Positions 1 through 12,727 are shown, numbered from the stretch's first letter. The stretch is 64,000 nt of DNA from Fimicolochytrium jonesii (GCF_025526975.1 NW_026515669.1:558001-622000), one strand, 5' to 3'. Notes: a model not told the origin generated them from the letters alone. Numbers and translations: made by a program.

Positions 1-77
1 GACTTGTAAGTTACTATTGAGAAAAGGACGGGCACATTCGCTTCCTCAAGGCTCAAATCTGATCAACAAACTTGCAG

Positions 78-317
78 CGTGAAACTGGACGGATGCATTG
101 TCAGTATGAACGCGACGATCTCGGAAAAATCGCAACTGAAGGATTGCGAAGTCGGACCAAATCACACCGTTGAGAAAGAGAGTACGTGCTATGGTCGCTT
201 TTTCCCCTTAACTTCCCGAACCTCACGCTCACCGGTGTCCGTCTCCTTTTCTTCACAGGCGTACGGACTAGCGAGCAATTATCGCAATCCCATTATCTCG
301 ATATCGACCAGTCATAA
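78..317 (+). CDS. 3' end of translation initiation factor eIF2B gamma-like subunit (left-handed beta-helix); gene starts upstream of the window
   Basis: Exon 78-181 reads VKLDGCIVSMNATISEKSQLKDCEVGPNHTVEKE (hexapeptide repeats). GTACGT donor at 182, CACAG acceptor at 258, last exon to TAA 315-317. The choice of last exon is uncertain. Confidence 0.65.
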
Positions 318-836
318 TCTTTTGCATAGGCGTAGAGCATCAAAGTAGAAAATCAAACGATAGAATTTGCATAGGCATTGACATCATTATTCTAAGAATC
401 TGAATGTTACGCACCCCGTCAGAAAACCGCTTCGAGACTTGGCGCCGAGGCCAGCAGATTGGCTACCGTAGCTGTATATGTACAGTAGTTCATTGGTACT
501 TTCGATTTTTGGCGCTTTGCCGTTGTTGACCATGCACCACCCATTCCATTGTTCTGATAAATGTTTTGATGGGGTGCAAAAAAGGTTGATCGCCCCTGAT
601 TGGCTATTTTGACAGCGCGGGTCCCGACCGACAGTTCGGATTTTGCGTTTCTCCTGTCAGTTTACTGAACCGTAAGAAACGGACGATGTTGTCGCTGGAG
701 ATCAATCGGCGTCCGGCAGCCATGCATACGACTGGTCCCTGCTCGGATTGGTGTTTTTCTGCTGCTCGGGCCGTATGCGTAGGAGACCGGGTGCAGATAA
801 TTGCCCTTTCGCACCGCCCGGTACGTGGACGAGGAT

Positions 837-845
837 TATATAAAA
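837..845 (+). promoter_or_regulatory. TATA box of the AA9 LPMO gene
   Basis: TATATAAAA about 90 bp upstream of ATG 929. Confidence 0.5.
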
Positions 846-928
846 GCTCTTGGTAGGTGTTGACGGCCCCCACAGTGTAACCATTCTCAAGCTTAACCCA
901 CTCGACTCACCCAAGACAATCTGCAAAG

Positions 929-2369
929 ATGAAGACTGCATCAGCTCTTGCCATCCTTTCCCTGGCCGTGTCCTCCGTCGCTGCCCACGGCGCCATCACA
1001 TCCTACGTGATAGACGGCAAACCCTTTCAGGGGTGGAACGGATACGCTCCGACCGGAGCTCCTACCATCCAGCGTCAATGGCCCAGCTATGATCCGATCG
1101 TGGACGTGCTCTCAGAGAAGATGACCTGCAACGGTGGAACCAGCGCTGCGTTGAGCGCGGAGGTCCTGCCTGGCAGCAATGTTACGGCTCAATGGGGACA
1201 GGTGAGTAGGACTTGGCTGCATCTCCACATCTACCGTGAGCAAACCCTTCTGACAGCTTTCTCCTTCGAAATCATAGTGGACACACAGCCCCGGGCCAAT
1301 CACTGTCTACATGTACAAGTGCCCAGCCGACTTCGCCACCTGCGATGGCGAAGACAAGAAATGGTTCAAGATCGAAGAGAAGGGTCTCATCTCCGGCACC
1401 CTCGGCAACGGCCAGTGGGCTCTCGGCGAGATCCAGAACACTCGCACGTGGTCCACCGCCATCCCCGAAGGCCTCGCCCCCGGCAACTACCTCATCCGCC
1501 ACGAGCTTCTCGCCTTGCACGCTACCAACCAGCCCCAGTTCTACCCGGAGTGCGCCCAGCTCAAGGTCGGCGGAACGGGAACTGCCAACCCTGATGCGAG
1601 CTACTTCACGTCCATCCCTGGGTTTGCTCAACCGAATGATCCCAATGTTATGGTGAACTTGTACTCGAACGAAGCTCAGACTATCACCGAGTACAAAATC
1701 ATTGGTCCGCCTGTGTGGAAGCTTGGCGCCGCTCCTGCCCCTTCAGCATCTGCTCCTGCCCCACCTGCCACTACGCCGGTCGCCAGTAGCTCTCCTACCG
1801 CAGAGGTCCCTCTTTCCAGCGCGTACACATACGAGGATGAGTACACCACCACCACGACCAACCCCACGACTGCTACCCCCATCCGAGCTCCGACCGAATC
1901 CACCGACTTGCCTTACTGCGACGAGACCACCACTCCCGCAGCGCCGATTCCCACTGCCGCACCCACCACATCTGCCGCTCCCGCTCCCGCTCCCACCACC
2001 ACCGACGACAGCGATCTCCCGTACTGTGACGAGATTTCTTCCACGCCCGCCGCACCTGCTCCCACGACCGAGGCCGAGCCGGCGTCCACAGTGGCCCCAT
2101 CGGCGTCCGCACCCGCATCGGTCCCCACCGCTGCTCCGCCAGCGACGCCAACAGGAACGGCTTCCTGCCGCACCCTCCAACCTGCGTGCTGGAGGGAGGC
2201 CGCCGCGTGCTTCAAGGACTTCAATGCCTGCACCGCGACGAAGGGCTGGATCGCCGAATGCCAAGCGAAGCGTGACGTCTGTGGCCAGAAAGCCAACTCG
2301 TGCTCCAACTTGAACTGCACTTGGACCCGTCGTCGTGATGCTCGTGATGCTCATCGGGCGGTCGTTTGA
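929..2369 (+). CDS. Secreted AA9 lytic polysaccharide monooxygenase with Pro/Thr/Ala linker and Cys-rich C-terminal module
   Basis: Signal peptide followed by His1 (AA|HGAITSY). Intron 1202-1277 joins WGQ to WTHSPGP (second brace His). Motifs WFKI, PGNYLIRHELLALH and PQFYPECAQLKV are present. Confidence 0.95.
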
Positions 2370-2746
2370 GCAGTTCCTGTTACGCATGTATTTTCGTATA
2401 GATATAGAGTTCCCCAATTGCGGGACGGCTGTTTGCTGCTCTTGTAAATAGATTGTAGATCCCTCCCTGGAACATAGATGTAGAAAATGAGACCGTCGTT
2501 TGACTTTCATATGCACAATGTAGACGAGCTTTTGCTCAGATCCATCCAAACACATCTGCTTCTCATTATTGTTGAATCTGCTCGGATGAACTCCGCATCG
2601 GGTCACCGACTAGAGGGGAACCGCAACACCGGTGACCATATCTCCATTTCTCAATAGATGATGGATACGTTACATGATGAGCATACGACCGGAGTCGATC
2701 GTTTGTTTCTCAATGATGCTAAAACCTGCCGCTCTATGTACAATAT

Positions 2747-4954
2747 CTAGCCAAGTCCTTGCGACCGTGCCTCCGTCTCGTAGATAAGCATACGCCAGAG
2801 TACCATCACAAACGCTTCTGCTTCTTCGGGATCCAAGGCCTGTAGTGGAAGAAAGCTTAGCATTCAAGGCCGGGACTGGCAATGCCGGAAATGCATACTC
2901 ACAGCTCCCATCTCTTCGAGCAACTTTGGCGCCGGTGTCTTGTTTTGTAGCAGCTCCATTACGAATTCCACAATGTCAGACTCCTCACCACCGAGATATT
3001 CCACTATCTTCTTTGTTACCCATGGTCGGAGCTTGTTGTTGAGAACCGTCTGGAGGACGCAAAGGACGATGAGTAAGCAACAGGATGACCCTTCTGGCTA
3101 GAGCGCTCAAGTTACATACACTATCCAAGAAATCCCATTTGATATGCCAAGCAAACAATCCCTCCTGATCGGCCGGAATAATGCCAATCAAATCCTGAAT
3201 AGCCTGATGCCGCTCTTCCTTGGTCATGATTTTGCCAATGATGACTTCTTTTGTGGGGGATACGGCCTCTTCCACTTTAGCCTCCGGCTCGGCTTCCTTG
3301 CGGGCAAGCTCTCGCTTCTCTTCTTCACGGTCTTGCGCGTCCATGTCATGCTCCGCGCGGCGCTGACGTAGGCGGCGGGCAAAGAACGCACGTCTGGGAT
3401 TGGCAAGAAGAGAGAAGCAGACGTACGTGAGTGAGATGAATGCAAGGCCGTTAGAATGTTATTTAGAAAGCGTACCTGTCTTCATCCAACTTGAACTCCG
3501 CATCCTCATTCCACTCCGACAGCATGGTGGACAGGTCTTCGGCTCGTGCTGCGAGCCCGCTTGCCTCCGTCTCCTTTTCCAATGTGATGGAGGCCAGCCA
3601 CCGTAATCTCTCCTCTTCATGTTGCATCCATCGGCGCTCCCGCTTTTATGAACGTCAGTTTACGGTCCGGAAAGCGGGTATCGCAACACAGTGTCCGCTT
3701 ACCTCTGCAAACGCCTCCTTGGCTTCGGCCTCCCTGCGCAGCTTCCGCTGTTCTACTTCCTCCTCATCGGTCTCCTCATCATCCCGCGGATGTCCCCTAT
3801 GCCTGTTTCGCTGTTGATACGCTCCATTTTGAGGGAAGGGACTCTTCACGGGCGCTTCATGTTGATACCCTCGTGCTCCATGGTCCGACTGTCTTCGATA
3901 CCGATCCCTATCCAGTTGTTGGGCAAACCGTCTTTCCTCTTCTTCACGTTTTTGCCTGTCTTTGGCCGCCGATCGCTCGCGGAACATCGAGATTTCGCGG
4001 GAGATGAGCTCTCTTTGCTCTGCTGGCATTTCCGCAGGCAGGTCGTCCTCCTCCTTGTTTTCTGGAACCGGCGACTCCCCTCTCCCTGCATCCGCCATCG
4101 CAGACAGAATTAGATCATCGGCATCAGCCCTGTTCGCGTCGTCAGCGAAGGTCTCTGCGATGTGAAGCACCCGGTCACGGATATCTCGGTCTTCCTCCTC
4201 ATCGCGCGCGCTCTCTCGTGTTCCCCTGTATTTTTCGAGATGATTCCGTGCAGTAGCTTCCACAGTCAACCTTAGACGTGTTTTTGCCCCTCCAGGGAGC
4301 CCCAGCTCAATGCCTTCGGAGAGCTCTCCATGTCCTTCTCCACCCAAGATTCGCAACGCGCGAGAGACGGATTCCGCGTTCTCGTAGACGCAAAAGCCAA
4401 AGCCTTTTGGCTTCCCGGTGGGGTCAGACATTCGTTTCCAGCTCCGAACCGGCCCGCATGCATTCAATATCCGTTCCATACAGTTGTCCGTGATCCCTTC
4501 CGCGATCGCCCCAACGTACACTGACGTCAGTTTATCGTCCGCCGCAGGTGCTGCACGTCCATGTGGCATCAGCTGCTGCTGAGGAGGGCCCCCAAATCGC
4601 TCATCCGGTCGCATAGGTTGCCCGTGGGGCGAATTGAATCGATCGTGCTGGTGAGGTGGCCCGCGGAAGTCCTGCCCACCGAATGGCGGTCGGCGATCAA
4701 AGTGTTGCTGGTGTTGCGGAGGGCCAGGTCTGAATCCCTGATTCATAGGAGGTGGACCACCATAGCCTCCGGGCCCTCCTTGAGGAGGCGGACCATAGTT
4801 ACCGTGAGGCGGTCCTTGTGGCGGTGGGCGACCATAGGGTCCTGGCTGCCCCACATGGTGCTGTTGGGGGGCTGAAATGCGAGGATATTGAGAGGCAAGC
4901 AACATGAACTAAATGTGAATATCCCTACTCACGGTATTGTCCATATGGGTTCAT
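2747..4954 (-). CDS. RBM25: RBM25/Snu71-like splicing factor (Pro-rich, RRM, RE-rich, PWI)
   Basis: Short exon 1 MNPYGQY from ATG 4954. RRM reads VYVGAIAEG...GKPKGFGFCVY; central region has LISREISMFRER; PWI domain ends ALDPEEAEAFVMVLWRMLIYETEARSQGLG* (TAG 2749-2747). Confidence 0.9.
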
Positions 4955-5331
4955 TGTTGATCACTGCGACTGTGGAGTTCAAAAATTGGGTCGAAACTCC
5001 TCGAATGCAATGCCGAGTAAGAATGTTCCTTCACGAGCGGAACGTTGACCAGGGAAGTTCCGAAGAACCCCAACGCTTCTCTGATTCCGACCGACCAAGC
5101 GTTTCGCAACGCAACAGTGTATCTGTAGTATGGCCCCTTTGATGCTTTGGAAGCGCTCACTGATCTAGCGTTTTTCAAGCTGGGAATCCCAAGGGTTCCA
5201 ATTTCGCATCCCTGCGTCGCATCAAAGCTCATCCAAGCGCGTCCTCGCCCTCGCTCCCACCAGTCGGCCGCACCTTCGCTCACTTACTCTCAAGCCTGCT
5301 CTGCATCGATACCATACTGGACCCTGCAGCA

Positions 5332-6583
5332 ATGACAACCGAGGTATGTGCTCACAAGCTTCGGCTTCCTTCCGTTTCGCTCTGGTGCTGATCTGCCCTC
5401 CCTTTCCTGTCTCAGCGTCACCTCATTTTCGGAGCGAAAGGCTGGATTGCCGGTCTGCTCGCCGAACTTCTCAAGAAGCAAGGAAAGGAGGTCAAAGGAA
5501 CCACCGTCCGCCTGGAGGACAGGGAGGCCGTGCTCAAGTAATATCATATTGTACATCGCTCTCTGCTCATTCCCATGGGCTTACTGGTCGTTCCCTTACG
5601 CTGATCAGGGAACTGGACGAGTACAAGCCTACGCGAGTATACAACTGCGCTGGAGTTACCGGTCGCCCCAACGTCGACTGGTGCGAGGACAACAAAGAGG
5701 CCACCATTCGCAGCAATGTCATCGGAACTCTCAACTTGGCCGATGCCACGTTCTTGCGCGGGATCCACATGACCAACTTCGCCACTGGTTAGAGGCCCGT
5801 GATGTATCTTCGGGTATGAGCTTTGCGAAGATGAAGCCTTACTACATTGTGTTTCGTAGGTTGCATTTACGCTTACGATGAGAAGCATCAGTTCCACGGT
5901 GTTGGCTTCACTGAGGAGGATGAGCCAAACTTCACTGGGTCTTACTACAGTTATACCAAGGGTCTTGTGGAGAAGGTCAGTCCTTCGGAAAAGCGTCGTC
6001 AACCGTACCATCATCGAGATTGGGGAGCTCACATGGCTTTGCTGGCTAATAGATCATCAAGCAATACAACAATGTCCTCACGCTGCGCCTGCGTATGCCC
6101 GTGTCCGATGACCTCAACCCCAGGAACTTTGTCACGAAGATAACCAAGTGAGTTCAAGGAAGCATGGATCACCGCGACAATATCCTGTGCTGACTATACC
6201 AATTTTGCAGATACGAACGCGTTGTCGACATCCCCAACTCCAACACCATCCTCTACGACCTCCTCCCCGCCGCCCTCGCAATGGCCGAGAACAAGCTGAC
6301 CGGCGTCTACAACTTCACAAACCCCGGCGCCATCTCCCACAACGAAGTCCTCGCCGCTTACAAAAAGCACGTCGACCCCAACTTCACTTGGAAGAACTTT
6401 TCCCTGGAGGAGCAAGCCAAGGTCATCAAGGCTGGGCGGAGCAACTGTGAGCTGGACACGACGAAGTTGACTACGGCTTTGGGCAAGCTTGGGATTAAGG
6501 TCCCTGAGGTGCATGAGGCGTATGATCAGTGCTTCCAGCGCATGGCGAAGCACTTGAAAAATGGTACTCAGCACTCGTGGTAG
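5332..6583 (+). CDS. NRS/ER-type NDP-4-keto-6-deoxyglucose 3,5-epimerase/4-reductase (UDP-rhamnose synthesis)
   Basis: Spliced motifs HLIFGAKGWIAG, NCAGVTGRPNVDWCEDNK, PNFTGSYYSYTK, LRLRMPVSDDLNPRNFVTKI, NFTNPGAISHNEVL and KAGRSNCELD. Confidence 0.93.
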
Positions 6584-6913
6584 CCTGGGCAGCCATAACA
6601 TTGTAGTTATAGGCGGACAGTCTGAAATTGTACTTTTGATATCTTATACATGCCCGGTGTCCTGGAAGACGACAGGCGATGAGATAAACTCCCGAAGGAT
6701 ACGGTGTCCAACGTTGAGCATCTGTCCGACAACCCGTCCCTACCATACTTTCTCTGATGGTTTGTTTTGTGGTTCGGTACAATCCAGTTTGAACGCCCAA
6801 CAGCACAGCGACCCGCATCGACCTGTACCTGCTGTCTATGATGCATATACGTCCGCGGAACAAGCAAGCAGAAGAGCAGGGTTGCAGATTCGAGGTTCGG
6901 CTAGGTGCGACAC

Positions 6914-6949
6914 CGCGAAACTTCGGCACCGAAAACTCGGAAAACGCGT
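6914..6949 (+). promoter_or_regulatory. Candidate SCB/E2F-like (CGCGAAA) and MCB (ACGCGT) cell-cycle elements upstream of the PAXX-like gene
   Basis: CGCGAAA at 6914-6920 and ACGCGT at 6944-6949, 120-160 bp before ATG 7072. The motifs are short and could be chance. Confidence 0.3.
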
Positions 6950-7071
6950 CGACGTTTGCTCACCAACTTCGACAGCGAGAGCGTTCAAACTTCCACTGCG
7001 AAAGTTGTTCTTGCGAAGACCAAGTCATCACTCCTGAGCACTCCACATTGTGCCGAGAATCCCCGCCCAGC

Positions 7072-7949
7072 ATGGAAGCAGTCAAAGCAAAGCTAGATGG
7101 GCAGCTGACGTCCTTCAAATTCAAAAGCGACACCTTCGTCATATATTCCTGTGTCAAACCAACGTCCGAATGGCGTGTCGATGTCGTCACGGACTCTGAG
7201 GTATACGTGAGTCTCCTGGACAAGGCCAAGCAGAAACTTCTGGTATGTGAGACTCGCTCCCTGTGCTTTGGTAGTTTAGACGTGCCATTCAGCGTGCGCT
7301 GACCTCGGGAAGGTAGAGGACAGTAAGCGAGCAGACGAGCTGATAACGGCTTGGGAACATGGTGCTTTTCGGTATACTGAGAACGGCGACACGGCGGAGG
7401 TATGGCATTTAGTGATTTCAAGATTCTTGAAAGTCTTGGAAGAGGCTAATTAAGATCTCCTCCGATAGCTGTTGATTGATCCCGCACCATCAGAGCCCTT
7501 CCGGCTCACCTTAGACCGGACAGAGGATGCCTTCCAAAGTCTTCGTTCCGTCTTGATCCAACAATGTAGCAAGGCAGCACGTAGCGCTGCAGGTGCGTAC
7601 TCGCTTTGCATCAACGAGCATTGAGTGGCCTTCAAGCAACGGTCCCGGGTATCTCATTTGTGTGCAAACAGAAACCACCATCCGGAAACTGGAAGAAGAG
7701 CTCGCAGCCGCTCGACGCGAACTCGATCGCACGCGACGTCTGGCGCCGATCGATGATGGAGGATTCACCAAACGGGTTGTCCCTGCCAAAAGGCCCCCGC
7801 CCGCGAAGAGTCTGATGAACCCGAGGATGAAGATGAGAGAGGCTACAGGTATGTCATCGTAGGCGCCATGGTATTGGAAGGAATGTACTTACGGGATTGT
7901 TTCGACCCATCTAGGCACGACCTTTGGAAGTGACAGTGAAGATGACTAG
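7072..7949 (+). CDS. PAXX-like (XRCC4/XLF superfamily) NHEJ accessory protein
   Basis: Five-exon model: beta-rich head, then coiled coil (LRSVLIQQCSKAARSAAETTIRKLEEELAAARRE), then tail KRPPPAKSLMNPRMKMREATGTTFGSDSEDD* resembling the PAXX Ku-binding tail. Confidence 0.6.
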
Positions 7950-8227
7950 CGTTTATTTTTTCTGGTCTTCGCCTAAGAGCAGACCTTTCATTGTGGAAGG
8001 GGTATGCAAACATCAACATCGGAACTACTGGGAGACCGCCCAACCGGGGTTCCCATCCTGGAGTTCATATGTATACAGTCGATATGCAGACAGAGCACGT
8101 AGTTTCTTGTAGTGCTGCATGGAGTGCATTGAAATGCTATACCGTACATGTACAGGCCCATATTCGCTCGTCCTGTAGAGCGATCCATGGTAGCTTCGTC
8201 GATATGGGAATGTTGCGGGATGACCCT

Positions 8228-8241
8228 CCTAACCCTAACCC
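8228..8241 (+). promoter_or_regulatory. Telomere-like (telo-box/Tbf1-type) motif upstream of SRP40
   Basis: CCTAACCCTAACCC about 130 bp upstream of ATG 8372. Confidence 0.35.
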
Positions 8242-8371
8242 GATTCCCAATCCGGGCTTACGCGATCATGAGGGCCCAAGCCACAAGGGTCCCTTCGCTT
8301 CCCTTTCCCCTTTTCTGACTTTTTCGCTTCACATTCCGCCGGAAAGCATTTTGACAAACCCACACAACAAA

Positions 8372-9838
8372 ATGACTGCCCCAGCGGAGCTCCTCTCCCT
8401 CGTTCACTCTTTCCTGGAGGAACGGGCGCCCAAAGCTGCCAAGGCGTTCAAGAAGGAGGTTTCTTTCGAGGTTGGTTTTGTCCTTACATTGTCGGTCAGG
8501 CTTCCTTCTACAGTTTCGAAGGGTGCAACATTCCTAACCTCTCAATTTCCTTAGACGGACTCGGAAGATGCAGACCCCAACAAACTGATCGAAATCTATG
8601 CTGCATTCAATGCCAGCACCGTCGAGGAATTGTAAGGGTCCCAAATGTTCCTCATGCGTTGTCGCTGTGGCACCCAACTAAGCATTCATTTCCCAACCTC
8701 CAGGCATTCCAGCGAATCCTCCTCCGAACGCGAAAGCTCCGACTCCTCCGATTCCGATTCCGACAGCAGCGATGATGAGGAGGAGGAAGGGAAAGCGGAC
8801 GACAGGATGGAGATTGAGGAGGTGAAGGCGGCCGAGTCTTCTGACTCTGACTCCTCTGACTCTGAGTCGTCTGAGTCTTCGGAGAGCGAGGAGGAGAGCG
8901 AGGAGGAGAACACGGAGGCGAAGGAAGAGAAGGCTGAAAGTGCGGAGTCTGAGACGGAGGAGAAGGCTGAGAGTTCGGATTCGGATTCTGACTCTGGTTC
9001 GGAGAGCAGCGATGATGATGAGGATGAGACGGTTGTCGAGAAGGAGAAAACCGCGAAAGCGGAAGCAGAGTCTTCTGACTCCGACTCCGACTCCGACTCG
9101 TCATCCGACTCTGACAGCAGCAGCGACGAAGAGGAGGAAGCAGCAAAGGAGGAGGAAGACACTTCACCCGCCGCCAGCTGCCCCGACGCATCCTCCTCCG
9201 ACTCGAGCGACAGCAGCAGCAGCGACTCAGACGAGGAAGAAGAGAAGACGCCCGCGACGAACGGTACAGTGAACGGCACGGCCGCCGAATCGTCTAGCGA
9301 CAGCGACAGCGACAGCTCGTCGAGTGACTCGTCGTCCTCGGAAAGCGAGGAGGAGGAGAAGCCTGCGCCGGTGAAGAAGGAGGCTGCCACGCCTGCTAAG
9401 GACAAGAAACGGAAGAGGGATGAGGAAGAGTCGGAGGAGTCTGTTGGGTCTCCTGCTCCTGCGGCCACGCCCAGCGCTCCTGCTACTAAGAAGCAGAAGG
9501 GTGAGGCCAAGTCTGTCGAGGTACGTCCGCTGAATATCCGAGGGTGTTACTCTTCCTCATCTACAGTCAATCCTAATCCTCCCAATTTCCACTAACAGCG
9601 CTTCCAACGCGTCCGCGCCGAAGAAGTCGACGAAGCCGACATTATTGACAACAGCTACATGGCCAAAGGCGGCGCCGAGTCCAGCTATGGGTTCCGCGCC
9701 CACCAGGACCTGATCGTCACGCGCGGCAAAGGGTTCCGTAACGAGAAGAATAAGAAGAAGCGCGGGTCTTACCGGGGTGGGAATATTGATACGGCGTCGC
9801 ATTCTATCAAGTTTGCGGGGGCGTATGATAGTGATTAG
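8372..9838 (+). CDS. SRP40: SRP40/Nopp140-like nucleolar phosphoprotein
   Basis: LisH-like N-terminus (LVHSFLEERAPKAAKAFKKE), Ser/acidic repeats, and SRP40_C domain YGFRAHQDLIVTRGKGFRNEKNKKKRGSYRGGNIDTASHSIKF. Confidence 0.92.
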
Positions 9839-10527
9839 ATTGTGGGAGTGCGGCGGGCGATGATATTCAAGGCATTTGGGGTTACGAACGGCGTATGCGT
9901 AGGGATTGCAGAAACACACCACACATCATTCATCCCATACCATCCCCTCTCGGCGAACGACCAAGGCACCATAGCATACATTTGTACATTTTCACATATT
10001 TATCCAAGTAGAAGCCAATCGGCTGCACACACGTAATCCCTGGCCTTCTCATTGATGAGCTAGTTTCAGATGTCGCCCACTGCTATGAACATGCAGTCTC
10101 CCCCATTCATAGCAAACCTTGGGAGAACTACGACGTTGTGCACCCCAGCACCCACAGGCGCTTCGGAAATATATACACGATTTGCGAGAACGAGAGAGAA
10201 TATACCTACAAACGACCAGGAGATAGTATAAGTGGGATGAGTACATATACAAAGGGGGTTGCGGAGTGGCGCGTTTGGGGGCAGAGGCCAGAGCGGGGAG
10301 GGGGGGTATTTGGCTGCGGAAGGGGGGAGAGCATGTAGATAAGGTTTATTTGACGCCTGGGGTGGTGCTCTCGTTACGATCGGGGTCGACTGTCGTCCCG
10401 CACCGGCCACGGTGCTTGAAGCCTCGGGCTTGCGCGAATAGCAATGCAAACGAAGAGTACGCCCAAGGAGCTTTCGATATGGAACACGCTAAATGAAACG
10501 TTGCCTCTCCCCAAAAGTCAGCCATTC

Positions 10528-12335
10528 TTATTGGAAAACAGGCCGATATAGCACCGTCGTTATGTACTGTGAGGGAATCAAGAAACACAATGCCGTCAGA
10601 AGGAACATTCCAACAGAGTTTAAAGTTAAAGGAAGCAATACCCTACCTTCTTCCGATACCTTGTCGTACACCCCACAGCCATAACCCCATCTCTAATCGA
10701 GCACGCATACATATGATTCAGCGTAACATGATTCGGAACCGGTAACACGCTGCGATCGTCTTTCGCGATTGTATGTGAGTTCAGGAGGACCTTTTCGAGG
10801 TGGGGCGGGAGATGCGGTGGGTCTTTTTGCTGCATGTTGAGGGGGGTGGAAGGGATGTCGGTGGTGTAGGCGTCTGGGGGGGTTGAGGAGAGGAGTGGTG
10901 GCGAAACTGCGAGGGGATATGGGCGGTTAGTGCATGCTTAGCGGGTGCATATGTCTGGTATGTGGAACCATCTACCTCTGCCATCCTTCATGGTTGCCAA
11001 TTCATCCAGGCCGTCTCCCTGATGCACACCCGCCTCGTCAGTGACCTCTAGATAGTTGACCAGGTTTCCATCTGCGTCGGATGCGATTGGCAGGTCTTCT
11101 GAGCATTTCCATTCGTCGTCTACGATGAACTTGAATCGATGTGTTCCGGGGGGCATGTCGATTACAGTTGTGAAGTCAGCGTTACTGTTGGGAGTAGAGA
11201 TCTCGGTCAGGCATCCCTCGTAAGACTAGGAATGGTAGATCTGCTTTCATACCTTCGACTCATCCGTATCTTTTGCTTCCAGTTGTTGAACGTCCCTGTT
11301 ACAAACACATCACCGCCACCCTGCGCCCAGCTGATCATGATTGGAATAACCCCATCTTCATCTGAAGTTGGGATAAGAATATGTGATTAGGGGATGCGAA
11401 GTTGCGTAAGTATACGCGGAAGTATATGTGACCATATAGCAACGATTGACCACTCGTCTCTTACCTTTAGTCACTGTTATGGAGCCGGAAGCCATTGGCC
11501 CAAAGTTATGGAAGATTCTGGCCGAATTGCGATAGCTCTTTTCGTGTGACGGCTGCAGCATGGAGCTACCAAGTCCGCCCGATGAAGATTGTCGTTTGAT
11601 CTGTATTGGGGCTGATGTGGTCGGTCCGGAGCGATTCTCGAGTTCGCTTTTACTTTCCGGCCCGCTATTGCTCGCCGGCCCGCTGCTCCCCGTTGACCCA
11701 CTATTCGTTGCCGGGGTGCTCTGTGTTTTTGCTGATAGCACATCCTGTGCGCTCGAAAGATCTGCCGGGACAGTGGGTGCTGGGGTGGTTTTAAGACCGC
11801 TCGCTGGTTCGGAAGTAGCAGCAGAGCCACTTTCCAGCTCCATTCCACCTAACGCTAAGGACAGGTCGTCCTCCGACCGTTGTGCTGGTGGTCTGCCGGA
11901 GTTCATCGGAGCAGAGAAGGCCGCGGCGCTGCTCGCTGCCCACGACTCCTCCCCTACCGACGACGTCCGAGAGGAAAACCTGCGGTGCTCTCCGTACGAG
12001 CGAATAGAGGAAGAAGGTAAAGCGCCTGCTCTCGGCACTGGTTGCTGGTTGTCTGCAAACTTGTCGGATACCATAAGCGGGGAGCCCACGAAAGGCGAGT
12101 CATGCACCAAGGGCGGCTGGGGTCGAGATGGAATCGTTGTCGGAGGGGTTACACGCGATCCCTGGAGGCCCTGGGTGAGCTCGCTCACTCGCTGGGCCGA
12201 GTTGGAAGCGGGCGAGAGTGTTTGCTGAATTTGTGTTGCGCTGCTGTTGGTGATGTTGGTGGGAGCAGAGGACGACAAGCTCTGGCTTTTTTGTCTCTTA
12301 TTTTGACTGGGATGGTGTGAATTGTTGTTTCCCAT
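10528..12335 (-). CDS. AMPK/SNF1 beta subunit (Gal83/Sip2-like)
   Basis: MGNNNS myristoylation-type start; CBM48 GTFNNWK...HRFKFIVDDEWKCS; ASC domain PPHLPPHLEKVLLN...LPVPNHVTLNHMYACSIRDGV...RYRKK|YITTVLYRPVFQ*. Confidence 0.95.
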
Positions 12336-12701
12336 TTCAAGCCGGACAGCGACCAAGACATGGACTAGAGAAGGGGCAAAGCCAAAGACCCTTTCTTCAG
12401 ACTCGACGGTCTAATCTACCCTCGGGAGCAGATTGCCTTCCCTTCGGCAAGTAACTCCGATGGGTACGTACAAAATAGACGGGCGATGTGTGCTGAGTGC
12501 ACCAGAAGAACGCGAATTTCCCACGACCGACTCGACCGACTTGATCTCCACACAGACAGACACACTAGACGATGACGGGGTTGACTGTATTAGCCGACGG
12601 GTATAGGGTGCGTGGTCAGTTTGCGAAGGTGTGTCCCGCCGTAAGGCAGCACTTGTGTCTGTGGTGGTTGAGCTGATGATCCTGTGGGGGACTGGGCTGG
12701 G

Positions 12702-12727
12702 TGTTGTTGTTGTTGTTGTTGTTGTTG
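12702..12727. repeat. (TGT/CAA)n microsatellite between the divergent AMPK-beta and SEC5 genes
   Basis: About 8 tandem TGT units, with a G-run nearby at 12772-12782. Confidence 0.9.

Noticed and set aside
1743..2606. Long antisense and alternate-frame ORFs over the LPMO linker (similar ones at 8686-9510, 11560-12228, 43247-43831, 44915-45775)
   Set aside because: Shadows of GC-rich, low-complexity coding sequence with no recognisable motifs
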